Shown here piece by piece: positions 30,497-40,656 of a DNA stretch of 64,000 nucleotides (position 1 is its first letter; the number at the start of each line of letters is the position of its first letter). The notes beneath the pieces were generated by a model, which was given only the letters and a program-made list of their open reading frames with translations, did not search any database and was not told where the DNA came from. The stretch is taken from the IMG/VR virus record IMGVR_UViG_3300024262_006558, positions 324,595 to 388,594 of that record; one strand, 5' to 3'. A program made the position numbers and the translations under genes.

Positions 30497-31399
30497 TTAA
30501 TTTAATAAATTTTTCTCAAAAGGACCAATAAATTTTTTGTCATCTGAGTAGTCAAGAACAGCAAACCTAGCTTCTTTAAAAAAGCCTTTGAACTCATTCT
30601 CTAATTTGTCCTTGAAAATTTTAGAAATAACATCAGGGTCATTGCCGAAAACTCCGCATCCCCATGCTCCTAAAATTAATTTATCATAACCTTTATCAGC
30701 CGCAAAAGTTAATACAATTTCAATTCTTTCATCCATTGTTGAGTTTATTAACCCAACATTATCTGGCTCATTTACTGTAACCGCTCCAGCGTTAACTGCG
30801 GGAGAAGTAAGAACCGATATTTGATATGGTTCATCTAAAAGATTTCCATTATCATCCTTAAAAAAGGTAACTCCTGGAGAATGTATCAAGCCATGACTAT
30901 ACAAAGATGAACCAAAATAAGCATTGTTATCATAAAAGTTATTAGAATTTTTAGTGATCAATGTGTGATACAAATCAGAAGATCTAGCTAAACATTCTTC
31001 TTGAGCTTGAGCTCCATTTAGAAAACCTCCGCCTGGATGTTTTGCTGAAGCAAAATTAAGCATTAAAGTCTTGCCATCGGTTTCAAGTAATTCTTGAGCG
31101 GCTTCCATAGTAGTTTGATTCACTACGGTAATATTCAAAGTATGGTCAGGGTTTTCTTCAGAGTGAGAAAAACATTCATAAACTTCCTTCACCAACTTTC
31201 TATCACTATTAAGTTCAATGGTAATGCCATGATCATAATAAGTGGCCAAAGTCAACGCTTGTTTAGTGTTGCCAGACAAACTAACAACTTTGCCCTTTGA
31301 ATTAGTATAAGATCCCTCTTGAACCTTTTTCATGGTGTCATTAGCAATCTCAATTCTATTATGAGATGGGTATTTTGAATTTGTCGTTTTTTGGTTCAT
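30497..31399 (-). CDS. TIGR02452/DUF2263 microbial PARG-like ADP-ribosylglycohydrolase
   Basis: LNFASAKHPGGGFLNGAQAQEECLARSS; LGAWGCGVFGN. Confidence 0.9.
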   Translation of the reverse strand: MNQKTTNSKYPSHNRIEIANDTMKKVQEGSYTNSKGKVVSLSGNTKQALTLATYYDHGITIELNSDRKLVKEVYECFSHSEENPDHTLNITVVNQTTMEAAQELLETDGKTLMLNFASAKHPGGGFLNGAQAQEECLARSSDLYHTLITKNSNNFYDNNAYFGSSLYSHGLIHSPGVTFFKDDNGNLLDEPYQISVLTSPAVNAGAVTVNEPDNVGLINSTMDERIEIVLTFAADKGYDKLILGAWGCGVFGNDPDVISKIFKDKLENEFKGFFKEARFAVLDYSDDKKFIGPFEKNLLN

Positions 31400-31434
31400 A
31401 TACTGATATAACGAAAATAATAGGCAAATGTTGC

Positions 31435-32220
31435 CTATTCTTCTAATTGAAATAATTTATTTTCATACACAGGAACTATGCTTGATAAGAATGTCCAATC
31501 CTTAGAGAATATTGGAGGCTCCAACGCTTCCCATCTAGACCTTTTAACTCCAGGCTCTTTTTCATATTCTTTTCTAGCGATCACGGTCCCTCTTTTAAAA
31601 CGAACCTCATAATCATTCCAATTAATCCCTTTCTCAAGCATTAACTTATCTTGAATCTGACCCCCATTCTTGCCTTGCAACTCCTTGTGAGAGAACTGAG
31701 CTTGACCCGCCATTGAAACTGAGTTTCTTGTACAGTCTTGCTGTCTCCAAAGAAAGTAGTTTAATACATCATTTGGATTTGGTATTAGAAAAGCTCTAGA
31801 ATCAAAGTTAGCCCAAATAAAAGAGTCTAACTTGAAACCTTCCTCGGAAATAGCTCTCTTAAGTCTAAGGTTGTTAAAGATAGTTGTTGCTAATGAAGCA
31901 GCTATAGAATTGATCTTATCCACTCTACCATCATATAATTGTTGACTCTTAATGTTCTCAAAATCAGTGAACAATAAAGATATCTCATCAGATTGAGTAT
32001 ATGCCATTCTACAACATTGCAGTTCAGAACATAACTGTCTAGCCGTCTCAATCATATCGTCAGATAAACCAGAATCAAATGGCTTTTCAACCTTTTTAGT
32101 GTACTTTGAAAATTTTTTCCCGTCTAATCTAACTAAAACATAGCTGCGAGGAGACAGTTTAATAGTGGAGGCTGATTCGTATTGTTTTATACGTTCACCT
32201 AATGTTATTTCTTTACTCAT
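31435..32220 (-). CDS. tRNA(His) guanylyltransferase Thg1-like protein
   Basis: RLDGKKFS, YTQSDEISL, FDSR, WRQQDC.RNS. Confidence 0.92.
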   Translation of the reverse strand: MSKEITLGERIKQYESASTIKLSPRSYVLVRLDGKKFSKYTKKVEKPFDSGLSDDMIETARQLCSELQCCRMAYTQSDEISLLFTDFENIKSQQLYDGRVDKINSIAASLATTIFNNLRLKRAISEEGFKLDSFIWANFDSRAFLIPNPNDVLNYFLWRQQDCTRNSVSMAGQAQFSHKELQGKNGGQIQDKLMLEKGINWNDYEVRFKRGTVIARKEYEKEPGVKRSRWEALEPPIFSKDWTFLSSIVPVYENKLFQLEE

Positions 32221-33106
32221 TACGTTCTAATTTTACTTTCGAAAATATTTCCTTAATTCCTTTTCCACCAATCCTATGTCTTTTTTCAGCCGTAGATGAA
32301 ACTCCATATTCTTGTTCCACTCCACAGATATACATAGAAAACTCACCTTCATCTCCCATAAAGAATTGTTCCCAAGACTCCTTAGAAAGGAACCTCTTAA
32401 GATTCAATTGATCTATAGCTAGATTATCAAATGAGAAAATAATCTTTTTAAAATACAAAGGCATTTTTGTATACCATTGATAGATGTTACTCTTAACATC
32501 TTCACTGTAGTAACGTTTACCTTTGCCAAATTGTTTGTAACCAAGTACAAGTATTTTTGCATTCATTTCCAAAACCTCATCTAAACATTCAATAGGGTTG
32601 ATTCCCGCAATCACGTGAAGAACAGTGTTTGGAGTTAATTCTACAAATTTCTTAACCAAAGCTACATGCTTACCTGCATAAGTAAGCCCTAGGCCCCAAA
32701 TAAGTTTCTCATTAACGAACCTTTCGATTGTATCCTCATATTTCTTGAGGTGCAATTCATTCATGGTCATATTAGCAATAATGCCGCGCTCTTTAAGCGT
32801 CTGTAAGAAACGTTCTATCTCTGGATGAGCCAATGGATTACCTCCACCAATAGCTAGCTCTACACCTGCTGGCAATTCCTCTAAACAAGAAAGAAGCTCA
32901 TCTATATCAGCATGTTTTCCTTTAAGATTAGATTGCTCATGACACCATAAACAGTGAGATCCTAAATCACAAAAATTAGTGATTTTAACATCTATGCTAC
33001 AAGGGAAATCTGGTTTAGCCTCTCCAACGTATTCTCTAATGCTGGTCCCATCTTCCATAACAGTAACTCCTACGTTACCATTAATATATTGATGAAGCCT
33101 AGACAT
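32213..33106 (-). CDS. Radical SAM protein
   Basis: CDLGSHCLWC cluster motif; GGGNP. Confidence 0.8.
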   Translation of the reverse strand: MSRLHQYINGNVGVTVMEDGTSIREYVGEAKPDFPCSIDVKITNFCDLGSHCLWCHEQSNLKGKHADIDELLSCLEELPAGVELAIGGGNPLAHPEIERFLQTLKERGIIANMTMNELHLKKYEDTIERFVNEKLIWGLGLTYAGKHVALVKKFVELTPNTVLHVIAGINPIECLDEVLEMNAKILVLGYKQFGKGKRYYSEDVKSNIYQWYTKMPLYFKKIIFSFDNLAIDQLNLKRFLSKESWEQFFMGDEGEFSMYICGVEQEYGVSSTAEKRHRIGGKGIKEIFSKVKLERNE

Positions 33107-33905
33107 CTTCTATCGTGTAGTTAAATGTTTTATCCACACCATCTTTTCCCCACCCAGACTTAGCTGTAACAGTAAGGTTTTCAGTGTTTACCATAAAACT
33201 CCACAGATCATCATCATCAATTAAAGCCTCAACTGATCTAAGTAATTCTTCCGAGCTTTCTTTATCTGTCAAGTTACCTACATTGCCAAACCCTTCAACT
33301 CTCATTTTATATTTAGCTTCATTGTCATTGCAATAGAAATTAAGAGGAGCTGAAGAGTTATCGTTACCAGTATGTAATGCAGATTTAGGATTGAATATGA
33401 ACTGTCTTATCTTTTCTTTATCAAGAAGAATTTCACCATCAGAAGCATCTTCAAATGACTGGTGATCTATGTAAGAATAATGTCCATCATTCCAATTAGT
33501 AGTTCCTAACACAACCACTTCTAATGCTCCAGTTTGCTCTTTAATAGCCTCTTCGAAATTCTTACGACATTCTAAATAATCAGATGCTGCAAATTTATAT
33601 AATCCGTACTGAGAAATTTCATCCCCAGGCTTACCTTGTATATATTTAAGCATATCTTCAAGCGTTAACAACATAGTTGCTAAATAGCTAGCTTTAGTTT
33701 GCGCATCATTAAATTTTTCCCATTGCCATCCGAATTCATCACCCTTAATTATAATTGCATTCTGAACTACTTCTTCTAATTCATCTATGTACCCACTTTC
33801 AATAGGTAATGTTTCATACACATCAACACTATCATCAATATGTAAACTATGACTACTGGAGCTGTTTGTTTCAAATACAGCTTTTCTAATTTTCTTGTTC
33901 TTCAT
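33099..33905 (-). CDS. Conserved phage hypothetical protein (FETNSSSxHS family)
   Basis: IRKAVFETNSSSSHS; YIDHQS; TGNDN. Confidence 0.65.
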   Translation of the reverse strand: MKNKKIRKAVFETNSSSSHSLHIDDSVDVYETLPIESGYIDELEEVVQNAIIIKGDEFGWQWEKFNDAQTKASYLATMLLTLEDMLKYIQGKPGDEISQYGLYKFAASDYLECRKNFEEAIKEQTGALEVVVLGTTNWNDGHYSYIDHQSFEDASDGEILLDKEKIRQFIFNPKSALHTGNDNSSAPLNFYCNDNEAKYKMRVEGFGNVGNLTDKESSEELLRSVEALIDDDDLWSFMVNTENLTVTAKSGWGKDGVDKTFNYTIEDV

Positions 33906-34248
33906 CGAATAATTCATCTTTACCGTATTCAACAATATCTCTAATCAAGTAATCTATGATTACTTGATTAAAATCTTTTTCAGCTTTCTTCTCACCTTCT
34001 TCACAGAATACGCTGTACACACCTTTGTGTTTTTTACCATTCATAATAGCATTGTATTCAAAGGTGTGATTATTTGCAGCATCTACTGAAATTAACACAT
34101 ACTGAACTATAATATTACCTTTAACCCATTTAACTAAGTCAGCATCAATCGATTCTTGATCTAAACAATCATCTACATCCAATACGCTTTCAATGTAAGA
34201 ATTTTTGTTACCTTTAAAATTAGCATAGAATAAAAGTTTACTTCCCAT
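33886..34248 (-). CDS. Hypothetical protein
   Basis: 120 aa ORF. Confidence 0.5.
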   Translation of the reverse strand: MGSKLLFYANFKGNKNSYIESVLDVDDCLDQESIDADLVKWVKGNIIVQYVLISVDAANNHTFEYNAIMNGKKHKGVYSVFCEEGEKKAEKDFNQVIIDYLIRDIVEYGKDELFDEEQEN

Positions 34249-35168
34249 TATAGTTTTATATTTTCAAGTTTAACAAACTCAACTCCCATATCTCTAGCTT
34301 CCTGAAATATGTCATCAGCAATATTTTCAAACCCAGGAACTGAACTCATACAATCTTCTACAATTACCACCCTATCTAATAGCCTTTTGAAATCATCGTC
34401 TTCTTTTGAAAAGTCAATTATTTGTTTAATTGAAGTGGCTACACAATGCGACTTTGCTTCACCGCATAAATATATTTTATCCATTCCATTATCATAGCCA
34501 AACTGAGCCGTTCCAACAAGATAATTTACTAGATTCTGAACCATCATAGAATGCCTTGTTGTTTCTGATACTTGTGGCACAGGAACTTCAGCTTCAAAAA
34601 TTCCATAATGCTCAGAAAACGCGAACTGACCTTTATATAGTATTTTGTGATTATTAGCTGTAGCTATACTCCAGTCTTTAATGACTTTCATTAACGGATC
34701 ATATATAGCGTGCCCCCAACTACCCGACACGCAGTGTATAGGCCAAATTGTATGCTCTTTACCTGCTTCCTCAAGATCGCTCAAATACTCCACAGAACCT
34801 CTTTGATATGTCATGTGAGTATCGAAGTCGTAACTTGGATCTTTCAAGTCTACTTTTTTAATGCCTCCAAACTCATCTTGAGTAATAGCTGCAGTATATT
34901 TTCTACCTTTAGCCTCTTTGTGTTTGATTGTGGTAAATGGCTCAACTGGATTACCCTCTGGATCCATCCAGAAAGTGGGGTGCGATATATCAATCACATC
35001 ATGCGTATCTAATGATACAGCTATCCCGCTAATCTTATCTTGATTAGCTGCTATGAACTTGGATAATCTATCCATGTCATCATCCGCCCCTGGAACATAT
35101 AAAGATCCTTTTGGGTCAACGAAGTCATTTTGTGGATCTATACAAAGTATTGAAATTCTCTTTTTCAT
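34248..35168 (-). CDS. Isochorismatase/nicotinamidase (PncA-like), paralog 1
   Basis: IDPQNDF, DTH, WPIHC, KG, GEAKSHCV. Confidence 0.85.
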   Translation of the reverse strand: MKKRISILCIDPQNDFVDPKGSLYVPGADDDMDRLSKFIAANQDKISGIAVSLDTHDVIDISHPTFWMDPEGNPVEPFTTIKHKEAKGRKYTAAITQDEFGGIKKVDLKDPSYDFDTHMTYQRGSVEYLSDLEEAGKEHTIWPIHCVSGSWGHAIYDPLMKVIKDWSIATANNHKILYKGQFAFSEHYGIFEAEVPVPQVSETTRHSMMVQNLVNYLVGTAQFGYDNGMDKIYLCGEAKSHCVATSIKQIIDFSKEDDDFKRLLDRVVIVEDCMSSVPGFENIADDIFQEARDMGVEFVKLENIKL

Positions 35169-35178
35169 ATAATTTTAC

Positions 35179-35676
35179 TTATTTTATTAATTCTTCTTTT
35201 TTGATTCCTAGAAACTCTTGATAGATGTTTTCTGTCCTATCTTGGCATATTCCCTCCCACACTAGATAGAAACTACGACCTTCGGAATAAATCATTGAAA
35301 CCGTTGGTTTACCTATTTTTGTGATATGTGTAAATTTATGGTGCCTACTATTATATGTCAATATAAGAGAATCTTTTATATTAATCAAGCTTTCAGTGTT
35401 TTCGTCTTTCACCCAATCATCTGGATATAACTCAAACCTATCTCTCATCTGACTTATTCCTGGTCGTAAATAATCTAGCGTATTATGTTTAAAAGTTAGA
35501 ATAGAAACTGTAACTACTATTACAACTGTTAAAGCTGTATACAGTTTTCTTTTATCCTCATATAACTGTTCTCTTTTAGTGTATAGGAACTCCCAAGTTC
35601 CCCATAATGTAAATGCACCTATGGCTAATCCACCAAAAATACAATATAACATGAAACTATCAAAACTAATAATCAT
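35179..35676 (-). CDS. Membrane protein
   Basis: Two N-terminal TMs. Confidence 0.55.
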   Translation of the reverse strand: MIISFDSFMLYCIFGGLAIGAFTLWGTWEFLYTKREQLYEDKRKLYTALTVVIVVTVSILTFKHNTLDYLRPGISQMRDRFELYPDDWVKDENTESLINIKDSLILTYNSRHHKFTHITKIGKPTVSMIYSEGRSFYLVWEGICQDRTENIYQEFLGIKKEELIK

Positions 35677-35683
35677 AATACTT

Positions 35684-36172
35684 TTATTTTATTAACTCTT
35701 CTACTTTAGAGTTTTCTTCAAACTCTTTATATCTATTTTTATCGGCATCTTCACTCCTCTTGTATATTGCTAATTTAAGAAAAGAATCTTCTATTTCAGT
35801 AAGTTTAAATGAATTTTTGCCATATGGAGCCATCCAATCTCTATCTTTATTAAACCTTAAACCATCACTCTTTCTAATCCAAACATCTCCAGATAGACTC
35901 CAATTTTCTGGATTCTCTCTAAATTCTATATAAACCGATTCCACTGCTGGTCTCATTTTTATGTGATATGTTTCTATCCATAAATAAAATAATGATACTA
36001 TAACAAAAGAAATCACTGGAGCCATTATAAAAATGTTTTCACTTACCCAATCACATGCTTCATTATTATAAGAAGTTTTACCATTATCGAAAATTCCATG
36101 TCTAATTATAGCCGCTAATACAACAAACAAAACCACGCAAAAGCATATACAAAATTCTTGCAAACCTATCAT
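35684..36172 (-). CDS. Membrane protein
   Basis: Two N-terminal TMs. Confidence 0.55.
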   Translation of the reverse strand: MIGLQEFCICFCVVLFVVLAAIIRHGIFDNGKTSYNNEACDWVSENIFIMAPVISFVIVSLFYLWIETYHIKMRPAVESVYIEFRENPENWSLSGDVWIRKSDGLRFNKDRDWMAPYGKNSFKLTEIEDSFLKLAIYKRSEDADKNRYKEFEENSKVEELIK

Positions 36173-36173
36173 A

Positions 36174-37868
36174 CTATTTTTTATTTAAAAGATAAACATC
36201 ATCTTCCCACGCTATGATTCCAGCGTTAGTTACATACAAAGATGTGGAATCTGAAGTAAAACTGCAAGAGATTGAAGCTATTTCTTGAAAATCTGATGTT
36301 CTAATAACTTTAATACCTCCATCATTCGGTTCAAATATCATACCCGCAGCCTTTCCTCCGAACTCATACATTCTCTTAACTTCATTTGGAGAAAATACAA
36401 CCTTCATCCCATCTATTTTGAAATACTTGTATTTCAACTCTGGGCCTTCTATATATTGAGCTATTCCTAAATTAGCTTTTTGGAAAACTAATTTTACATT
36501 ATCCTGAAACGCTACATTATTCATAGCTTTGCCTGAATTATATAACAACCTCTTTTTGCCTCCAAGATTTTGCATATACGCTCCACGATTGATAAATCCT
36601 TTTGAGAAAACATCTTGAACTTCTACTCTCAATCTATCATTAGATGGCTGAAAAATCTCATCAAGATACACGTTGGTCATTTTATCATCCCCAATCATAA
36701 CCAACATATTTTCATATTGATTAAATGAAGGTTCATCATCAAAAGTGAAGTTTTTTATCTTAGTTCTTTCTTTTTCCGATTTGATATAATATAAACTATT
36801 CCCTCTCTTTCCATAAATAAATTTATCTGTAAGGAAGATGAATTCATATTCATCTCTAGAAAGAGCAAATTTCTGTCTTACATGCCCTTTGTTGGAGCTG
36901 TCATAAATGATGTAATTTTCATCGGTAGCTATATAGCCTTGATTCTCCATAAAAAAGACATTGTTCACCTCTAGTGAACTAGTAATGCAGCTCACGTTTA
37001 CATCTTTGTCAGAGAACTGTGCAGGCTTTATTTTTTTAACTTTCTTAGTAGCAGCTACTGGAGTTCCAGCTAATGACATGAGAAATCTGTCACCTTCACA
37101 GTATAACAAATCATATTGATTGGTTAAAGATACATCCGTTATAGGCTCATACGCTTTGGGTATTTTTATATCGGGATCTTTTTTAAATACGGGGAGCTTC
37201 AACTTCATACGATCCTCAATTTTCTTATGCACTTTATGCACTCCTTTAAATGGGTGTATGTGCGTAAGCATGTTGAATATGAGGACAGACAACGCGAAGA
37301 AGTCGCTAGTTTCAGCAACTGTTCCTCCATGTAAATAATCTCTTATGTCTTGCAGTAAAATTCCAGAGTGAGGATGGTTTGGAGTCTGATAAGAATCCAC
37401 ATCAATCAGTCTTAAATCACCTTTGTTATTGATCATAACATTGAACTGGTTTAGATCTCCTATAACCACTTCATTCTTATGAGCGTATTCAACGGATTTA
37501 ATTAATGCTTCACCAATCTTTCTCTTTATCTTGTCAGTGATATTGTTTCTTCCGCAAAAGTTCTTGGCAAATATACTAGACAAAGGAAAGAATCCTTGCC
37601 CTAAATACTCCATGGTAAACCCAACGATCTGGTCGTTCTGATTCATTAACAGCTCTCTAGGGGACACGAATAGAGTCTGATCTAAACCACTAAGGTAATC
37701 AAACTGATCTTCCGTTATAGGGGTTATATTGTCATGATATATTTTCGCAACAATACTTGAATCGCTCTTGATAGATATGATTCTACCTTCCCCTCCTCTA
37801 TGTATCTCATCTACCTCGTCAATCGCATATCGATTCCCTAAAGGTGTCTTTAACTGAAGTAATGCCAT
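36174..37868 (-). CDS. Ser/Thr protein kinase of TerY-P-like triad
   Basis: GGEGRI, AKIYH, IGDLNQFNV, IDVDSYQ, SDFFALSVL, HPFKG. Confidence 0.8.
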   Translation of the reverse strand: MALLQLKTPLGNRYAIDEVDEIHRGGEGRIISIKSDSSIVAKIYHDNITPITEDQFDYLSGLDQTLFVSPRELLMNQNDQIVGFTMEYLGQGFFPLSSIFAKNFCGRNNITDKIKRKIGEALIKSVEYAHKNEVVIGDLNQFNVMINNKGDLRLIDVDSYQTPNHPHSGILLQDIRDYLHGGTVAETSDFFALSVLIFNMLTHIHPFKGVHKVHKKIEDRMKLKLPVFKKDPDIKIPKAYEPITDVSLTNQYDLLYCEGDRFLMSLAGTPVAATKKVKKIKPAQFSDKDVNVSCITSSLEVNNVFFMENQGYIATDENYIIYDSSNKGHVRQKFALSRDEYEFIFLTDKFIYGKRGNSLYYIKSEKERTKIKNFTFDDEPSFNQYENMLVMIGDDKMTNVYLDEIFQPSNDRLRVEVQDVFSKGFINRGAYMQNLGGKKRLLYNSGKAMNNVAFQDNVKLVFQKANLGIAQYIEGPELKYKYFKIDGMKVVFSPNEVKRMYEFGGKAAGMIFEPNDGGIKVIRTSDFQEIASISCSFTSDSTSLYVTNAGIIAWEDDVYLLNKK

Positions 37869-37872
37869 ACTA

Positions 37873-38649
37873 TTAAAATTCTAAGTGTAATTGATCATCA
37901 GATATTACAATTCTGTAAATACCCAAATCATCTCTATGATTCCATCCTTTATTTCTAAGGATGTTTACTTTTCTCTCCAACATTGTTGGGTTACCTAAAA
38001 ACCTTATGTCTTCTGAAAGATAAGCGGCTGGATCCTCTATATCTGGAGAAACGCCATGGTTAGGAACATATGAAGTAATCCCATCTGTAGCAATAGTCAC
38101 GTCTCTAATTTGAGGCACAGTGAAGTCTATTACATTCTTTGCAAATCTAGGAGTTTCTACTATTCCATCATACCAATTCTCAAAAGAAGACAGGTCATTA
38201 ATATCTCCCAAATGATATGCAATATAATTGGGAGCATTACTTTGCTCTATTTCATGGCGTTGACCATTAATTGAAACAAAACCATCTCCAATAACAGCGA
38301 TGTAACCACTATTATCTCTCACATCTCTTACTAGAAGTATGATAGTCGCTAGAAGATCGTTAGTGTTTAATCCTAAATCTTCTTTAACTCTTTTGAGTCT
38401 ACAAGAAAATGAGTAAAGCAATTGTTTCGAAAGTTCTTTTGGAGTTTCATCTCCAAGAACCATATGCTCTTTACAAGTGTTTTCAAATAATCTAGCAAAT
38501 AAAGTAGAGGCAAAATGTGAATCTCTACCGCTTGAACAACCATCAAATACAGCGGATACAAAATACTGCCCCTCATAATCATGAAAGAAATTGAAATCTT
38601 CGCACCAATTTTTGTGATCGGCGCCTTGTTTTAACAAACTATATATCAT
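37873..38649 (-). CDS. PP2C-like phosphatase of TerY-P-like triad
   Basis: CED, AVFDGCSS, ATI, IGDG, ATDG, DDL. Confidence 0.8.
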   Translation of the reverse strand: MIYSLLKQGADHKNWCEDFNFFHDYEGQYFVSAVFDGCSSGRDSHFASTLFARLFENTCKEHMVLGDETPKELSKQLLYSFSCRLKRVKEDLGLNTNDLLATIILLVRDVRDNSGYIAVIGDGFVSINGQRHEIEQSNAPNYIAYHLGDINDLSSFENWYDGIVETPRFAKNVIDFTVPQIRDVTIATDGITSYVPNHGVSPDIEDPAAYLSEDIRFLGNPTMLERKVNILRNKGWNHRDDLGIYRIVISDDQLHLEF

Positions 38650-38653
38650 TTAA

Positions 38654-39004
38654 TTATATTTGCGTAAATTCTGTGTCACTAAAATCAGCTGCTTCATATG
38701 GAGCATAATAGAAAGAAAAGCTGAACGCTATCCCATAATCAATAAACTCACATACATTTTTTACACATCCATCAGATTTTTTATTCCAATCAGGAGTACT
38801 TACAGCTTTAAGTTTATACTTATCTTTCAAAGCAATATAAACATCGTGTAAATGATTATCTTCTGGTTCAGATTCGTCCTCGCCAGTTATATAATTAAGG
38901 AACTGTTCATGTAAACCAAGGTTGTGATTAACAACAAAAGTTTTAAAATTTATTCCTGAATCTTCAATGTCTTTTTTTATTTCTTCTAATGTCATGATTA
39001 ACAA
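38654..39004 (-). CDS. Hypothetical protein
   Basis: 116 aa ORF. Confidence 0.5.
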   Translation of the reverse strand: MLIMTLEEIKKDIEDSGINFKTFVVNHNLGLHEQFLNYITGEDESEPEDNHLHDVYIALKDKYKLKAVSTPDWNKKSDGCVKNVCEFIDYGIAFSFSFYYAPYEAADFSDTEFTQI

Positions 39005-39018
39005 TGTTTAAAGATAAT

Positions 39019-39041
39019 AAAAAGGGGCTTAGGCCCCTTTT
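39019..39041 (-). terminator. Rho-independent terminator
   Basis: aaaaggggc-tta-ggcccctttt. Confidence 0.7.
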
Positions 39042-39043
39042 GA

Positions 39044-39787
39044 TTAGAAGTCTATATCTGGAATTCCTTGACCGCTTGATACGGATGAAATAGATTGAGA
39101 AATAAACCCAATCATATCTCTGATATCTTTTGCGCTATTACCCATCTTAGCTAAGTGATGGATGCCCATATCTTGCTGAGCTCTAGTGAAGTCACCTTCA
39201 TCCCCTAAACCAAAAAGGATAGTAGTGAAAGAGAATGCGCTACGCTCTTCAGCCGATAAAGCATCGATCTTTTGCTTAACAATATGAGCAGGGTTACGAG
39301 AAGAATTATCATCTCCATCAGTAATGACGAAAACAAGAGTCTTCACATCAATACCAGCATCTTCCTGATCTTCTCTATAAGCAACAGCTTTATCAATCGC
39401 TGAAGCAACAGCATCATAAAGAGCCGTTGATCCCCCAAGACCACTTGCTCCAAAATCAACATCTTGTAAAGTATTGATTGGCTGGAACCCGTTTCTTACA
39501 AGAATGTTTTGAGGTTCAGAGAACTCAACAACGGATACAAACAAATTGTTTGCTACGTGTGAATTACCCATCTCTTGAACAAACTCATTATAAGCTTTGC
39601 TCATGTCCCCTAGCACTCCATGCATAGAGTAAGACTTATCAATTACGAATACCGCATTGATGATGTCGGTAACTTCGATATCATCAATATTAAAATTACC
39701 CGTAGCATCGCCAAAGGTTACCCCTCCAAAATCGGGCGCATCATTCTGAGGCGCTACGCTTTGGACATTTTGTGTTTCATCTGCCAT
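39044..39787 (-). CDS. TerY-like von Willebrand factor A domain protein
   Basis: MIDAS DKSYSM, GGSTALYDA, ITDGDDN. Confidence 0.82.
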   Translation of the reverse strand: MADETQNVQSVAPQNDAPDFGGVTFGDATGNFNIDDIEVTDIINAVFVIDKSYSMHGVLGDMSKAYNEFVQEMGNSHVANNLFVSVVEFSEPQNILVRNGFQPINTLQDVDFGASGLGGSTALYDAVASAIDKAVAYREDQEDAGIDVKTLVFVITDGDDNSSRNPAHIVKQKIDALSAEERSAFSFTTILFGLGDEGDFTRAQQDMGIHHLAKMGNSAKDIRDMIGFISQSISSVSSGQGIPDIDF

Positions 39788-39814
39788 GACAGTATTTTTT
39801 TATGTTAAAATTTA

Positions 39815-40645
39815 TTAAACTTGCGTTTGAGAAGTTGACTTAACAGTCCTGCCTTCTAATGCATCATTCGTGTTAGAAAAACGAATGTTATTTTGTCTAG
39901 CTCGATCATATATTGGATCAGCAAGAGTTTCAAACCCTGGAACAACACTCATAGCATCTTCCAAAATGATAAACTTGCTTGCTAAGTCTGGAGCTAAATC
40001 CATCGCTTGCTTAAGCGTATTAGCTACACAGTGAGACTCGGCCTCTCCAGCAAAATAAACGTTTTGGAATTTCTCCAAACTTCTAATAAGCTTTTGATTT
40101 AATTGAGTTGACTGTTCCCCTTGAACTTCAACGTTAGCCCTAAAAGCTCCGAAGTGTTCAACTAAAGGATATTCCCCTTTTTGTACATATTGTACGAATT
40201 TACCTGGAGAAGCATTTACCCATTGCGCTAAAGCGTCAGCTAAAGGTCCGTAGATTGCATGACCTTCAGTACCTCTGATACAGTGAGTAGGCCATATACA
40301 GTGAGGATATTCCCCTTGATCTTCAAGATCAGCGATATACTTAACAACTTGAGGACCAAAAGCTTTTGGAGTCCAAGTTCCATTCTCGATATCTTCAGAA
40401 GTGATAATTGTGAAAGGATTTGGACTGTTTCCATCTTTATCTTCCCAAAGAGTTGGGTGAGCAATGTCGTTAATGTGATGCGTGTCAAGCGTTACCGCTA
40501 TAGCATCAATAGTCTCAATGTTGTTGAGAATCCATTCAGCAAGACGTTCCATGTCTTTATCCGCTCCAGGTACATATAAGGACCCTTTTGGATCACAAAA
40601 ATCTACTTGAGGATCTATACAAAGTAATGCATTTTTAGTTGCCAT
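39815..40645 (-). CDS. Isochorismatase/nicotinamidase (PncA-like), paralog 2
   Basis: IDPQVDF, DTH, WPTHC, GEAESHCV. Confidence 0.85.
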   Translation of the reverse strand: MATKNALLCIDPQVDFCDPKGSLYVPGADKDMERLAEWILNNIETIDAIAVTLDTHHINDIAHPTLWEDKDGNSPNPFTIITSEDIENGTWTPKAFGPQVVKYIADLEDQGEYPHCIWPTHCIRGTEGHAIYGPLADALAQWVNASPGKFVQYVQKGEYPLVEHFGAFRANVEVQGEQSTQLNQKLIRSLEKFQNVYFAGEAESHCVANTLKQAMDLAPDLASKFIILEDAMSVVPGFETLADPIYDRARQNNIRFSNTNDALEGRTVKSTSQTQV

Positions 40646-40656
40646 AATTTTTCTTT

